Below, in pieces: positions 11,721 through 26,000 of a stretch of DNA of 64,000 bases. Position 1 is the stretch's first letter; each line of letters starts with the position of its first letter. The notes beneath the pieces are model-generated. The model saw only the letters and a program-made list of their open reading frames with translations. It did no database searches and was not told the DNA's origin. This DNA comes from Octopus sinensis (lineage: Eukaryota), in contig NC_042999.1 of NCBI RefSeq assembly GCF_006345805.1, forward strand, positions 122,016,001 to 122,080,000, written 5' to 3'. A program made the position numbers and the translations under genes.

Positions 11721-11976
11721 GTTTGTGCCTCCTTGCCTCGTCACTTCATGGTAGTTAGAAATGACTATCATGATCACACAAGTGTTTTGTTCATTTCCAA
11801 TCTTCTGTGGTAAGACATTCAGCCATGGTGAGGAGAAAAAAAAAACTATCTTACTTGCAAGCAAGTGCAGGCTGGTGACAGAAAGAGTATCCAGCAATAG
11901 AAAATCTGTCCCAGTGAATTCCATCTGAACCAAGTATGCATGGAAAACTGGATACTGAAACAATGATGATGATGTA

Positions 11977-13307
11977 CGGAGTGGAGCAGAGAGAATGGAC
12001 GTTTTTGAAATGGCTATTACTCAGCCCCAGGAAGAGGGACATATGTCTGACAGGTACCATTTGGTCTATGGTGTCTTAGCATTTATTTACTTTTCAGCTG
12101 AAAGCATGGTATTGTGGATTATAGGGCATCGTGTGTTTGCCTATGAGAATTACATGAAGAATAACAAGTCTGTTGCAGTAGTTCAGTGTGAATTTCGATG
12201 TCACTTCAGCATTCACCTAAATCAGGATGTTCCCACCTGGAACACAATCTTATTTTGGATGAATGCACTTCATACTCGAGGTACACTAATGAATAGGAGA
12301 GTGATGAAGGTGCCATGAATGGTACTGACCCCATAAAATGTGGAATGTATCAGACAGGCTTTGATATGGAGTCCAAATCGCTCTGCTCAAAGGCATTCCA
12401 CTGAACTTGGCTTTGGTAATCGATTGGTAAGGTGTATTTTGCATGAAGATCTGCATTTTTACCCATACAAATTGGTCATTAGGCAACAGTTGAAACCATG
12501 GGACTATGCACAGCATCTTAACTTCACATGTCAGACAGAAGCAAATTTTGAGGCAAATGACAACCTCATTTTGTTAATGAGTAATGAAGCTCATTTTCAT
12601 TTCAATAACATGGTGAATCAACAGAACTGTCATTATTGGGCTCTTGAAAACTGAGAGAACTGCACAAAAGACCACTGCACAGCCCAAAAGTGATGGTCTG
12701 GTGTGGTGTTGGAAAAGCTGCTGTCATTGGTCCTTACTTTTCAGAAGACAGTAATGGAAATGCTATTACTGTAATCTCTCAGCATTACATCAAGATGATA
12801 AACAACTTCTTTGTGCCTGAATTACAATGAAAACATATGCCTGTTTGGCATGTGTGGTTTCAGCAGGATGGGGCGATGGCCAACACAGCCAGATGATCAA
12901 TGGATGTTCTTTGCCCTCTCTTCGGTGACCGCCTCATTTCCAGGTTTGCTGACATTCCTTCCCCCACCCTGGTACCCTGATTTGTCCATGTGTGATTATT
13001 TCTTGTAAGAAAACCTCAAAGTACACATGTATGTGCATAAGCCCTGTACATTTGAAGGATGATTTGAAGGAAGCTATTCATGTGGAAGTCGCCCAAATCG
13101 ACAGAGCAATTCTGGAGAGAGTGGAGGCCAACTTTCAAGAACGCCTTTTGAAATGCATCAATGAAAATGGATGCTACATGATGGATGTTGTTTCTCACAC
13201 TTGATTTTGACAAATGCTAATTCAATATGACAATAAAATTTGTTTGCAGCTAAAATTAATGATTTTGTGAATTTTTCAAAAATGTCCATTCTCCCTGCCC
13301 CACTCAG
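11977..13307 (+). mobile_element. Full-length decayed Tc1/mariner transposon, rosa (DD41D) type
   Basis: 34-bp TIRs (11977-12010, 13274-13307, 4 mismatches) with TA on both sides; HTH N-terminus VFAYENY..VQCEFR; LMSNEAHFHF, VMVWCG, WFQQDG, PDLSMCDYFL; 41 residues between the 2nd and 3rd Asp after correcting one frameshift; several stops. Confidence 0.92.
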
Positions 13308-15689
13308 TATGCAGTTAATTGGATGCTTTAGTATTTTATTGTTTGTGTTGTACATGCTAAAGCTGAATTTTGTATTTTGTACATATTTTATCTTCTGCTT
13401 GAAACATTTTTTTTTCCAGATTAGTCAACTGATTTATGTATTTTATTTTTTCCTATTTTTTAGTTTGAGGAAATAATGTAGGTTACTTACTTAACTGAGT
13501 TGTATTGACATATTTCTTTTACATTGTCTTTTGAAATAGACTGCTCACTATTTAAATTTTGGGTCTTTTTCATTGATTGACCTCATTGCTCATGAATGGA
13601 CTGCTATTTCAAGTGACCTTTACACAGCATATCACAGTATACGTTAATGATCAACACATGTGTTTATCACCATTGCAACAACGTTAAACTAGCGATTTAA
13701 AGTGGCACAAAAGATTCTTGTCTTCACCTTAACTATAGATGATTTCTACAGAATCTTCATTTCCTTTTATTTCTTAGCATATATGTACAACAAAGTAAAG
13801 TACTTCGAATGAAGAATTGTGATTTTGACAGTCTAAGGATGTAAAATGTCTGCTACTATGTGATTTATAATCAAATTAAGTTTATTCACCTTTAATACAT
13901 ATGAAAAAGTGAGAAAATGTAAACAATTTCTCAAATTATCAAATATATCCATTTATTTGCAAGTTACATACTTGTGAATGTTGGCAATCTGGTTGAAACA
14001 GATTTTACATTTTATATCAGAATTATTCATTATTGTTATTAATGTTGAATACATTTTAATAAATATCCATTGGAGAACTGACCTTTGTTAATTCTTTCTG
14101 GTCTTATATGTGTCAGTTTGTCTTTAAAATATTGTTTGAAAGCTTTCAAATTCATATCTTCCTGCATATTTTATGTATCTACAAATTGCACACATTCTTG
14201 TGGCATTTTAAAAGAATATTAAAAAATCATTTGGCAGAGTAGAATTAATACTCATGATCTTTATAGGTTCTCCCAGAACAGTGACATTGGTGTGGTTATT
14301 GTTCAGATTGGAAGTCTGTAGGTTGTGGCATATAGAAAACAATATATGCAAGGAGAGAATTCTATATAGTTCTCACTGATCAGAGAAATGATTGGTCAAG
14401 GAGTTAAAGTTTTGGGTGGCAGAGGCATAATAAGCATGGTAAAAGAAAAGGCAAGTGCAAAAAATAGGCTTCACTCAAGAAGGTATGCAGTTTTCGAGTT
14501 CATAAAATCAGAAGCAATTGTAATAGTGGTAGAAGGGGCATAACAAATAAGTGCTGTCTCTTTGGGTTCAATGATTTAATATGTGGGTTAGTGACTGCTT
14601 GTCACATGGCCTTCTATGGATTTGATCTAGCATTATTGACTCAGATATGTGATCTGTGCACTAATTTAGGTTGCATTTGTGGCTCAATTTTGGCAATGTT
14701 ATACATGTTCCTTCATGGAATATCATCAAAGATGATAATTATTTTCAATGCTTTTGATACCACTTGTTTCATTTACATCAGAATCCTGAGATTTAGATTA
14801 CCTGTGTTCTATTCATTATAGTTATGATGTTTATCCTTCCTGTTAAGCCACTATCTTATTATTAGTCTGTTAATTAACTTTTATTCTTCATGTATTATTT
14901 ATATCTTGCTAGGAGGAAATGATCTGATTCGAATTGTATGTATTTCACCTCTTCAAGTCACATTTTATCTTTGCTATAATAATATGACATTTCTGACTGA
15001 CTGACTTGATCTGTTTCTCTTGGTACTGGATTATTTTCCTTATTACTTAGTAATTCTGATTTTGTGTTTATTCCTAGTTTTTGTGGTTACAAGTTTTATG
15101 TTAGATGATTATTATTTTTTAAGGTTTTGCTTTCTATATTTCCTTTCTCAGCTTAAGTTCTTCAGTTTTTCTTTTCTCTTATAAATATCTCTTTTATCTT
15201 TTGCTGTCCATTTGTGGGTTTATATTGTGATTATTTTTTTCTTCACCATAAATAATAGGATTGTTCGGTGATGTTAAGTGAGAGATTTAGATTAGCAGTA
15301 AAAAATACTTTAATATTTTAAAGTATTCAAATCTTCATTTCTGCTTCATTCATATATTTCGCTGCATTGTTTCATTTAGTATGCACAATTTTTATTCTAG
15401 CTTGTCATATTTATATGTAGAGTTATGTCACTTTATCAAGTGATGTTCATGTTCCCTTTTGATTTCATACTTTATATACATCTTGCTGTTATCAAACTTG
15501 GTGCAATAAGGTTTTGCAAACCAATATTAATTTAATATGTTAGATATTGGAAATGTTTAGATTTTAAAAATGTTTATAGCTATGAAAGATAGCTACAGTG
15601 ATTTTGATAGCTCAAGGTAAACCATTCCTGTACCAATGTCAGCTACAGATCTTTTAATTTCTGGTACTATTGTTGTTGTTAATGGACAT

Positions 15690-16010
15690 TAAAGCACCAG
15701 ACAAAACACTTTATGGTATTTATTCTGGCTCTTAATGTTCTGGTATTAAGTACTGCTAAGGTCAGCTTTGTTACTCAACCTTTCAGAGCTGATGTAATAG
15801 AGTAGCAGCCAAATATAATTAACTATTCTCCTCCTCTGAAATTCAGACCTTGTACAGTTAGAAACAATTGTAAGAGTATTAGACAAACTACCTGATAGTA
15901 TTTAGTTAAGGCTTTTTATGCTCTAAGATTAAATTATGGTGAGGTCAGATTTGCCTTTCATGTCTCCAAAGCTGATAAAGTACCAATCAAGTACTAGGAT
16001 GTGTTAATGC
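15690..16010 (+). mobile_element. Heavily decayed SINE remnants (family D)
   Basis: GGTCAGCTTTG.., GGTCAGATTTGCCTTTCATG..GATAAAGTACCA motifs resemble 30880-31250. Confidence 0.4.
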
Positions 16011-16279
16011 TGCTAAGATAGGGTGTTAACAAAGGGGATATCATAGAAAATTTCTTTCCCATAATCCTGTTAAATGCAGAGTTTTAAGATTTTGACCAAG
16101 TTATTTGGGAAGAATTTAGTGCTTATTGTTAGTTGCTTGGTCAAAAATACTCAAACATGTGGGATTCTCAACAGATCCATTTGCAACAACCTCCACCTCA
16201 TGTGATACATTACAGAGGGAGGGAGGGAACAACAGCTTCACTAAGAAAAGCTGAGAAGAGATGGGAAATGTCTGCATCA

Positions 16280-16600
16280 ACTATGTCATAACTTACAGAT
16301 TGACAGTTGTACCTTGCCCCCATTCCCATTTGGCTAGATTGAAATGTTTGCTTTTTTTATTACACATCCTGCAGATGGTCAGACTGACCATCTGTTTCCA
16401 GCATACTCTGGATGGTGGGCATGGTGAAGCTACTGGTGCACAGACATATGCTGAGGCTGCACTACCTGCAGATTTTCTTGGACAGTGAGTATGTGTAAGA
16501 TACATTTTTCAGCATCTAATCTCTTTGATGTAGCTGCAGTCTTGCATCAAGAAAAAGCCAAATTGGGTTACCTAGCAACTAGAATGTAATCATATACTCA
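16280..16600 (-). mobile_element. Decayed RTE-like LINE C-terminal fragment
   Basis: Minus strand reads ..HCPRK(I)LQV..LHHAH.PTIQSMLET..DHLQ.., resembling the RTE CLRKIL...LRW.GH region; frameshifted. Confidence 0.4.
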
Positions 16601-16975
16601 CCAGCTAATGCCACCTGGCTTGATTATAATGACACCAGTGGATTCATATAAAGTTAGAAGAGTAGCGGAAAGGGCAGGTCATGCCTTTGTCTATGAGAGG
16701 ATCCATTACAACCGTTGGAAAAAAACATCAACTAAATAATGAAACAAAACTGAGGTTATCTTCATTAGGAAAATAACCAGAGATGATGATAGAAAGAGAA
16801 TCCAACAAGATCTGGAAAAGTCGTACATGAAAGAATTTGAAATAGTGAAGACATGCCAGATTAAGAAGTTTATGAAACTCAAAGGTCAGAGAATGAAGAC
16901 TGAAGTCTGTCACCCACTTGTGAAAGCAGTAATTAATGTAAGTAACCAGCATCTAGAAAGCTCTGAAGAGCCTAC

Positions 16976-17207
16976 AGGCATATGGCGTAGTGGTTAAAAG
17001 CGCAGTCTACAAACCCCAAGATTCTGAGTTTGATTCCAGGCAGTGACCTGAATAATAATAATAACATTGAAAAATACTTTAGGAATGAGAACCCAGGTTC
17101 GAAATTTCCCCAAGACACCTGATGAAGGCTGGAGGGTATATCAGCTGAAACATTGTGTTAACAACAAACGAGATGAGGACAAATATCCGTCAAATGTAAA
17201 TAATGTA
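16976..17207 (+). mobile_element. tRNA-headed SINE carrying a minimal hammerhead-like motif
   Basis: A box TGGCGTAGTGG 16983-16993; B box GTTTGATTCC 17028-17037; GACAC-CTGATGA-AGGCTG..CAGCT-GAAA-CATT-GTGTT at 17114-17159. Confidence 0.7.
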
Positions 17208-17549
17208 TATGAAGTAAATGCTTCCATTTTTGCTTTTGTTAAACACAATATTTTAATCATTTCGAAATATTTTTAAGTGAATGTGATTTTAAAAATGTAA
17301 GTTGTTTGTACACTAAGTGTTTATATTTTAGCTTTCTTTAAGCAGACAATAATTTAATGTTTTTTAAAATTATTTTCAAGTGAATACCATTACAAAAATT
17401 TTCTTTGGCATATTTGAAACGTATTTTAAAGTGAAGATGATTTTAAAAATACGGTAAATATTTAGTAAAAGACCCATTCATAACTTTAGTGTGAAATAAT
17501 TTTTTCCATAGGTTTTTTTTTTAGTGCATTCAACATATCTCACCTCCTA

Positions 17550-17662
17550 GGATTTGGCTGCTATTTCTAGCATGCCCTGCTACCATGTAACAGCTATTTG
17601 CAATACATGACCAGAAATAGCTGTTATATGTAGCAGGGCATGCAAAAAATAGCAGCCAAACC
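17550..17662. repeat. Near-perfect hairpin (about 50-bp arms, 15-nt loop)
   Basis: GGATTTGGCTGCTATTTCTAGCATGCCCTGCTACCATGTAACAGCTATTT / AAATAGCTGTTATATGTAGCAGGGCATGCAAAAAATAGCAGCCAAACC. Confidence 0.88.
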
Positions 17663-17941
17663 TTTCCTCTTCTGGGGAAAGAGGCCACTTACACATGATT
17701 TCAATGTCACATTCATTGAAAGTATGCAAAACCTCTCTCATCAACCTCCAACAATGTCTGCCTCCTCCAGCTGACAGATTTTTTGTACTTTTTCATGACA
17801 GAAAATACACCATTTGTGGCAGTTATAATGAAATTGCTTTCTTATATCAGAGTAATAAGGCGTTTCAACAGAACATCTTTACCCCCGGGAATTAATGGGT
17901 ACACCAGCTAGTATACATATATATATATATTTATTTATGTA

Positions 17942-17987
<46 letters not shown>

Positions 17988-17988
<1 letters not shown>

Positions 17989-18506
17989 TGGAAATCCTCG
18001 AGTATAATCCTCATTTTTTCCCCAAAATTTAAAGGTCAAAATTCCTAGTGCATACTATATATGAGATTAAAAATGAAAAATATTTTCTAAGCAATGTCTG
18101 AATCTCTATTTGCTGTCCAGCAATGTTTATTCAGACGCATTTTGTATCGGTCACAAAAATACCTTAAGCTAAGCCTGAAAGCAATGAAGTCATAAAAGAA
18201 TCATCCATAACTTGCAGTAAGCAACATTTATTAAAATAAAAGTGTTCAGGACACAGAATAACATGTAACAAAAACAATTTGAAAACATATTTACATTCCC
18301 ATATAACAGTTGAAAATATCACCATTATTGTATTACACATGTGCGGAAGTGTTTGTTCGACTAGGTGCTGCTGGCTTAATTATGCACGACTCAATTTAGA
18401 GAAGGAGTGCATATTATACACAAGGTTTAGGCTTTTCAGGGGTACAGCCCCCTAAATATCACCCGCGTATTATACTCAAGGGTGGACTATACTTGAGGAT
18501 TTACGG
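17988..18506 (-). mobile_element. TA-flanked MITE, copy 2
   Basis: TA|CTGGAAATCCTCGAGTATA ... TATACTTGAGGATTTACGG|TA; reverse complement of 2204-2724. Confidence 0.82.
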
Positions 18507-21151
18507 TATATATATGTGTGTATCTATACATATGCATACACACACACACATTCATATTGTATTCAATATGCAAAAGATATATTTATGAAAATTGACTACT
18601 ATTATTTATCTAATTGACTTGTAGTACATTACAATATTGTTCAGTTTAAAAAGTCAAATTATTCACAGCTTTGTTAATAGTGCTAGAGAGGAAAAAAGAT
18701 GTACTTAAATGTCTTGAAGTCTGACTTCATAATAGCTCTTTAATTATTTTGGAATTATGATATCTATACACCTTTGCTATAATTATTATTTATTGGAAGT
18801 AGATTGAGAATGAAAGGATTTTTTAAAGGTTTCAAATGAAAGGTATTAATTTCCAATAGAAAAAAAATGGAAGTATGAATACTTTTAAAAATGGGTCTAC
18901 TTTTTTAAACTATGTACATACTTTCATTGATCAGCAGTATACATTGGATATATTCCTTTGAAAATGAACTCCAGCAATAATGCAACCTCCATCAGGTGCA
19001 GGATTTGGAATTATCTGGCATTTGAAAAACTATTGAAAAGTTAAAGAATTTAATTAAAATAGTCAACATTAGAAATGATGGAAGATCTAATAAGAGTTTG
19101 CTTTTTTTTAATGTTTCTCCAGGTAATGCATGAGTGATTGATAGCGTAGCTGAGAAGTCGGTTTATTGTCTAGTATAAAATTCAAAAAAGTTCGTCTCTT
19201 GAGAAAATGAATATCTTAGAAAGAGCTACCTTTAAGAAAAATTCCTTAGATAAACTCACATTTCTATGGAATAAATGATATTTCAAATTTCTTGGCTTTT
19301 GAATCAAGACAGCGATTATTCATATCGTTATTGATACCTTTAATACTCTGTGATAAATAAAATTTAAGTTTTTCATGTGGAAGATGTGATATGATACATA
19401 CATTGCTGCATAAGTTTTTGAATAGTATAAAATTTCATACACAAATATTAAACTAGAGGTATCTAAATAGAAAGCATTAAGAAACCAGTTTTTACAGTTA
19501 ACTTTACATTTATATGATAACTATGTGAGCATAGCCTTTGAGGTAACTAAGCTCTGAGAAGCAATATTCATGATGTTCAGATTGTGCAAATAAGTGAAAA
19601 GAACTTCAAGAATCTCTCTGTTGCATAGAAATCATTACATTTTCCCAACAGAAATCATTGTACAGTATATTATAAAAAATGGTTTTTATTAATAATTAAA
19701 TACGAGAGAAATTTATTACTACTTCGTTTTTGTGTATTAGCACTTTAGAATATTTTAAACTTTTTAAATTAAGAAAAGAACAACACAAAATTCTTAAAAT
19801 ATCTATGTTTTTTTTTGTTTTCTTTTTTTATTATTGCCATTCCTAATGTTACATAAATATTTTTATTTCCCTTACTAGTAGTTGTCAGACAAAACTTTAT
19901 TACAACCTTTTCTCAGTATTCAGTAATTATGAAAATTATATGCTGAGTATGTAGACATATGTTTTATTTTTTATAAGTGATGTAAGACAACAATTATGGA
20001 CCTCATTAATAATTTCCTCACGATATAAAATATCAGTATTTGAATGAAATTCAAGCATTAATTAAATGGGTGGAAGAAATTAAATCCTCTCTTTTATTAT
20101 AATGTTAAAGTTGAATGTAAAATTGGGATAAAATTCCTAAGAATGAAACAGTGGAACCGAAAAATATGTAGTCTTTGTTAGTATATTAAATTTTTAAGTA
20201 ATCAATGTGATACAATATCTAATAATATCTCCCACATATGCATTTTCTATATATACATTAATATATTGTATGATCAACATCATCAATTTATGATAGTGCA
20301 TGTTAAAAATTTCATATAATTCTAATATACAAATAAAAACAAATATACAATCATTACAAATTTTTCATAAATGTGTTTTCTGAGAGATAGAATAAAAATA
20401 GTTTTCACAAATTTTAATTCCCACTCAGTTGTAAGTTACTTTGTGAACAGGACGTTATTTCACTTTCAATTTTCTAAAGAGTAAAGTAAAATACAGTAAG
20501 TTTCTGATTACATTTCCAAATCTGTAGCCACTTGAGTCTTCATAATCATCAACATTTCAATGCAAAATTCTGTTCACTTCTAGAATCATCAGCTAATAAC
20601 GAAAAAATCATTGCCTTCACTTATGAATTAAAAGGCTCACATATGTAATACAACAGCATGTTTGAGAACAATTTGTATAAAAAATGGACTCAGACTCCAG
20701 AAAAGTAAGTGATTCAGTTATTCTAATCTTTTTAAATACCACTCTGTGAAGCCAAGGTAGACACAAAGAATTGCTATGTATTGTTTTGTTGTGGATTTTC
20801 AAATATTGGTTCTTGTCAGAGTAGAGAAATAAATTAAACTTTTACAAAATCTATTTTACAAAATATTGTTACCTTCCTAGTGAACAAGATTCACTTGAAG
20901 AAATGATTTTGTAAATAAATTGGAGCTTTCAGGAGACAATTTACGTTGTGTCTTGTATTGTCACAAATGCATATGAATAAACTGCAAAACTTAAAAACAA
21001 GACATTTAGGATTATTATTAAAGATGAAACGTCACTAAAACAAAACTGATATATTATAATATTGCATCTAAAAGATAATTTAGGAATAAAAATCTGATAT
21101 ATGTACACTTAACTGTTTTAAAGGCATTTGACAAAATTCAAAAGTACAGTG

Positions 21152-21194
21152 TATATATATATATATATTATATTATATATATATATATAAATAC

Positions 21195-21248
<54 letters not shown>

Positions 21249-21335
21249 CATATTATATATTATATATATATATATATAATATTTATATATATATATAATA
21301 TAAATACATATATATATTTTATATAAAAAATATTA

Positions 21336-21380
<45 letters not shown>

Positions 21381-21429
21381 TTATATATATATATATATAA
21401 TTTATATATATATATATTTATATATATTA

Positions 21430-21471
<42 letters not shown>

Positions 21472-21638
21472 CATATTATATATATATATATATAAATACA
21501 TATTATATAATATAATATATAATCATATTATATATATATATATATATAAATACATATTATATATATATATATATAATACATATTATATATAATATATAAT
21601 ATATTTATATCTATATATATATATATATAAATACATAT

Positions 21639-21674
<36 letters not shown>

Positions 21675-21826
21675 ATAAATACATATTATATATATATATA
21701 AATACGTATTATATATATATATTTATATATATTTATAATATAATATAAATATTATATATATAATATATATATATAAATACATATTATATATATATTTATA
21801 TATATATATATATATATAATACATAT

Positions 21827-21859
<33 letters not shown>

Positions 21860-22021
21860 ATATATATAAATAAATATTATATATATATCTATATTATATA
21901 TATATATATATATAAATACATATATATATAATATATTATATATATATATTATATATATATATAAATACATATTATATATATATATATATATTTATATATA
22001 TAATATTATATAAATACATAT

Positions 22022-22052
<31 letters not shown>

Positions 22053-22131
22053 ATATATATATATAAATACATATTATATATATATAATATATATATAATT
22101 ATATATATATAATATATATATAAATACATAT

Positions 22132-22166
<35 letters not shown>

Positions 22167-22186
22167 ATATATATATAAATACATAT

Positions 22187-22217
<31 letters not shown>

Positions 22218-22396
22218 ATATATATATAAATACATATTCTATATATATTATATATATTATATTATATATATATACTATATATATAATAAATAACATAAAT
22301 ATATATAATATATAATATATTATATATATATATATGTATATATATATATAATATAAATACATATTATATATATATAATATATATATAAATACATAT

Positions 22397-22429
<33 letters not shown>

Positions 22430-22483
22430 ATATATCTATATTATAATATATATATATTTAATATATTATATATATATATTTCT

Positions 22484-22516
<33 letters not shown>

Positions 22517-22519
22517 TTA

Positions 22520-22551
<32 letters not shown>

Positions 22552-22555
22552 TATT

Positions 22556-22599
<44 letters not shown>

Positions 22600-22605
22600 T
22601 ATATA

Positions 22606-22656
<51 letters not shown>

Positions 22657-22659
22657 CTT

Positions 22660-22691
<32 letters not shown>

Positions 22692-22970
22692 TTATATAAT
22701 ATATATATATATTATTTATATATATATATATATATATATAATTATAAATACATATATATATAATATATATATTTATATATATATATATATATATTTATAA
22801 TATATATATATATTATATTATATATATAAATACATATTATATATATATATATATATTATATATATATATATATAATTATATATATATATATATTAATTTA
22901 TATTATATATATATATATTTATATATATATATATATATAGTTAATCTATTTATATATTTATATATATATT

Positions 22971-23005
<35 letters not shown>

Positions 23006-26000
23006 ATATATATTATATATAAATACATATTATATATATATATATATATAAATACATATATATTATTATAAATACATATTATATATTATATATAAATACA
23101 TATTATTATATATCTATATATATAAATACATATTATTATATATATATAAATACATATTATATATATATATATATAAATACATATTATATATCTATATATA
23201 AAATACATTTATATATCTATCTATAAATACATATTATATCTATATATCAATACATATTATATATATATATATAATAATACATATTCTATATATATATATA
23301 AATACATATTATATATATATATCTATAAATACCTATTCTATATATATATAAATACATATTATATATATATATATATTAAATACCTATTATATCTACTATA
23401 TATAAATACATATATATATATATATATATATAAATACATATTATATATATATATATATAAATACATATTAATATATCTATATATCTATAAATCTATTATA
23501 TATATCTATATATCTAAATACATATATATATATATCATATTCCTACATCTTCTATATCTCTATATCTATAAATACCTATTATCTCTATATATCTCTATAT
23601 ATATCACTACATATTCTATATATATATATATATATAATACATATTATATATATATCTATATATCTACCTCCTATCTTATACTATATATATATACCTACCT
23701 ATTATCTATCATATTATATACATACCTATATCTATATATATATCTATAAATACATATTCTCTATATATATATATATCTATATATCTCTCCTATCTATCTT
23801 CCCTCTTCTATCTATATTTATCCTCTATCTATATCCATATATATCTATATCTTTATATATATATCCATCTTATATATCTTTATATATCTACCCTATTATA
23901 TCTATTTATCTATATCTCCCTATTATATATATATTTCTATCCCTATTCTATTCTCTACTATTCCTATATATATATCTACCCTATTATATCTATATTTCTC
24001 TCTCTCCCTCCCTATTCTTTATCTCTATATCTAAATCTCTATCTTTATCTATATATACCTACATATTATTTATATATCTATATACCTCCCTCTTCTTTCT
24101 CTATCTATTAAATCCCTCTTATTTATCTATATCCCTACATATTATTTCTATATATCATCCCATACATCTTATTTATATCTATCTCTAACTACCTATTCTT
24201 TCTATATATATATAAATACATATTATATCTATCTACTATCTTTCTCTCTATCTCTATCTATACCTCCGTATTATCTATCTATCTCTTTCTCTATCTTTAT
24301 CTATCTATCTCTATCACTCTACTATCTCTCTATCTCATCTCCCTCCCTATCTCTCTCTCTCTTTATATCTATATATCTATATATACATCTTATATCTATA
24401 TCCTATTTATCTATCTATCTATATATCAATCCATCTTATCTCTATATATATATTTATATCTCTCTCTCTCTATCTATATAAATACTCTTATCTATCTATA
24501 TATCTTCTCTCTCTATCTATCCTCTATATAATCCATCTTATCTCTCTCTCTCTCTATTTCTCTATCTCTATATCTCTATTTATATAATTATATATTCTAC
24601 ATATCTAATCTATAAATCATCTTATCTCTATCATATCTTTATATATATAGATCTATATATTTATCTATCTATATATATAATATTATATTATCATATAAAT
24701 CCATATTATACTATCTACTTATATCTTTCTATATATATCCTCTCTATATTATATATATATCTATATCTATTTTATATTATATATATATATCTTTATATCT
24801 ATATCTATATATCTCTTTATATATCTATTTATATCTATTCTATTCTCTTTATATATATATTTCATCTCTCTATTTATCTCTAATCTATATATATATTATA
24901 TATATAACTCATTTCATATCTATCTATATATTAAATCACCTATCTATATATTCTCCATACTCTTCTCTATATCTCTCAATACTTTCTCTCATCTATATCT
25001 CTCCTACATATTATATATATATATATACTACATCATCCTATCTCTATATACCTCCATATTCTCTATCTATCTATAAATACATATTCTATCTCTCTATCTA
25101 TACCCATCTACATATCTCTATATATAATCGTAAATACATATTCTATATATTATATCTACATCCATCTTCTATATATATCTATCCATACCTACTTAATATC
25201 TATATCATCATCACTCCATATTCTCTATATATATATACTCCCTCTTCTATATCTTATCATTACCTCCCATCTTATATATATATATATATTAAATACATAT
25301 ATATATATATATATATCTTAAATACATATTATATATATCTTTCTCTCAATCCCTCTTCTCTATCCTCTCATCTCCTCCATATTCTATATATCTCTATATC
25401 AATACATCTCTATATCTAGTCTATCAACTCCTATATATCTCTCTCTATAATCCTACCTCTTATCTCCTATATCTCTATCTATATAAATACCCTCTCTCTC
25501 TATCTATCTCTATATCCTCCCTCTTTATATATCTATCTATATCTATCTCTACCTCCATCTTCTCTATATCTATCCTCTAAATCCCTCTTTCTCATCTCCT
25601 CTTCCATACCTCTTATCTCTCTATCTCTCTATCAATCCATATTCTATATATATAGATCTCTATCTATCTCTCTCTATATATCTCTCTCTCCTCCCTCTTC
25701 TATCTCTATATCTTCCCCCCTATTCTCTCATCTCTATCTTCTCCATCCTCTCTATCTCTCTCTATATCTTCTCTCTCCCCTCCTCTTCTCTCTCTATCTC
25801 TCTCTCTCTCTCTCTCCACTCTTCTCTCTCTCTTTATATATCTATCTCTCCCTCTTCCTCTCTATTTTATCTCTCTCTCTCTACATCTCTCTCTCTCTTT
25901 CTCTCTCTCTATCTCCCTATCTTATCTCTCTTTACTATCTCTCTCCTCTTATCTCTCTCTTTATCTCTCTCTCCTATTCTCTATCTCTTTCTATCTCTCT

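Noticed and set aside
14230-14830. Possible LINE endonuclease relic on the minus strand (YAP..SDF)
   Set aside because: Motif spacing is wrong and there are too few matching residues to support it
21152-23100. CRISPR-like regular repeats
   Set aside because: Eukaryotic minisatellite; the spacers are just (AT)n of variable length, and no cas genes are present
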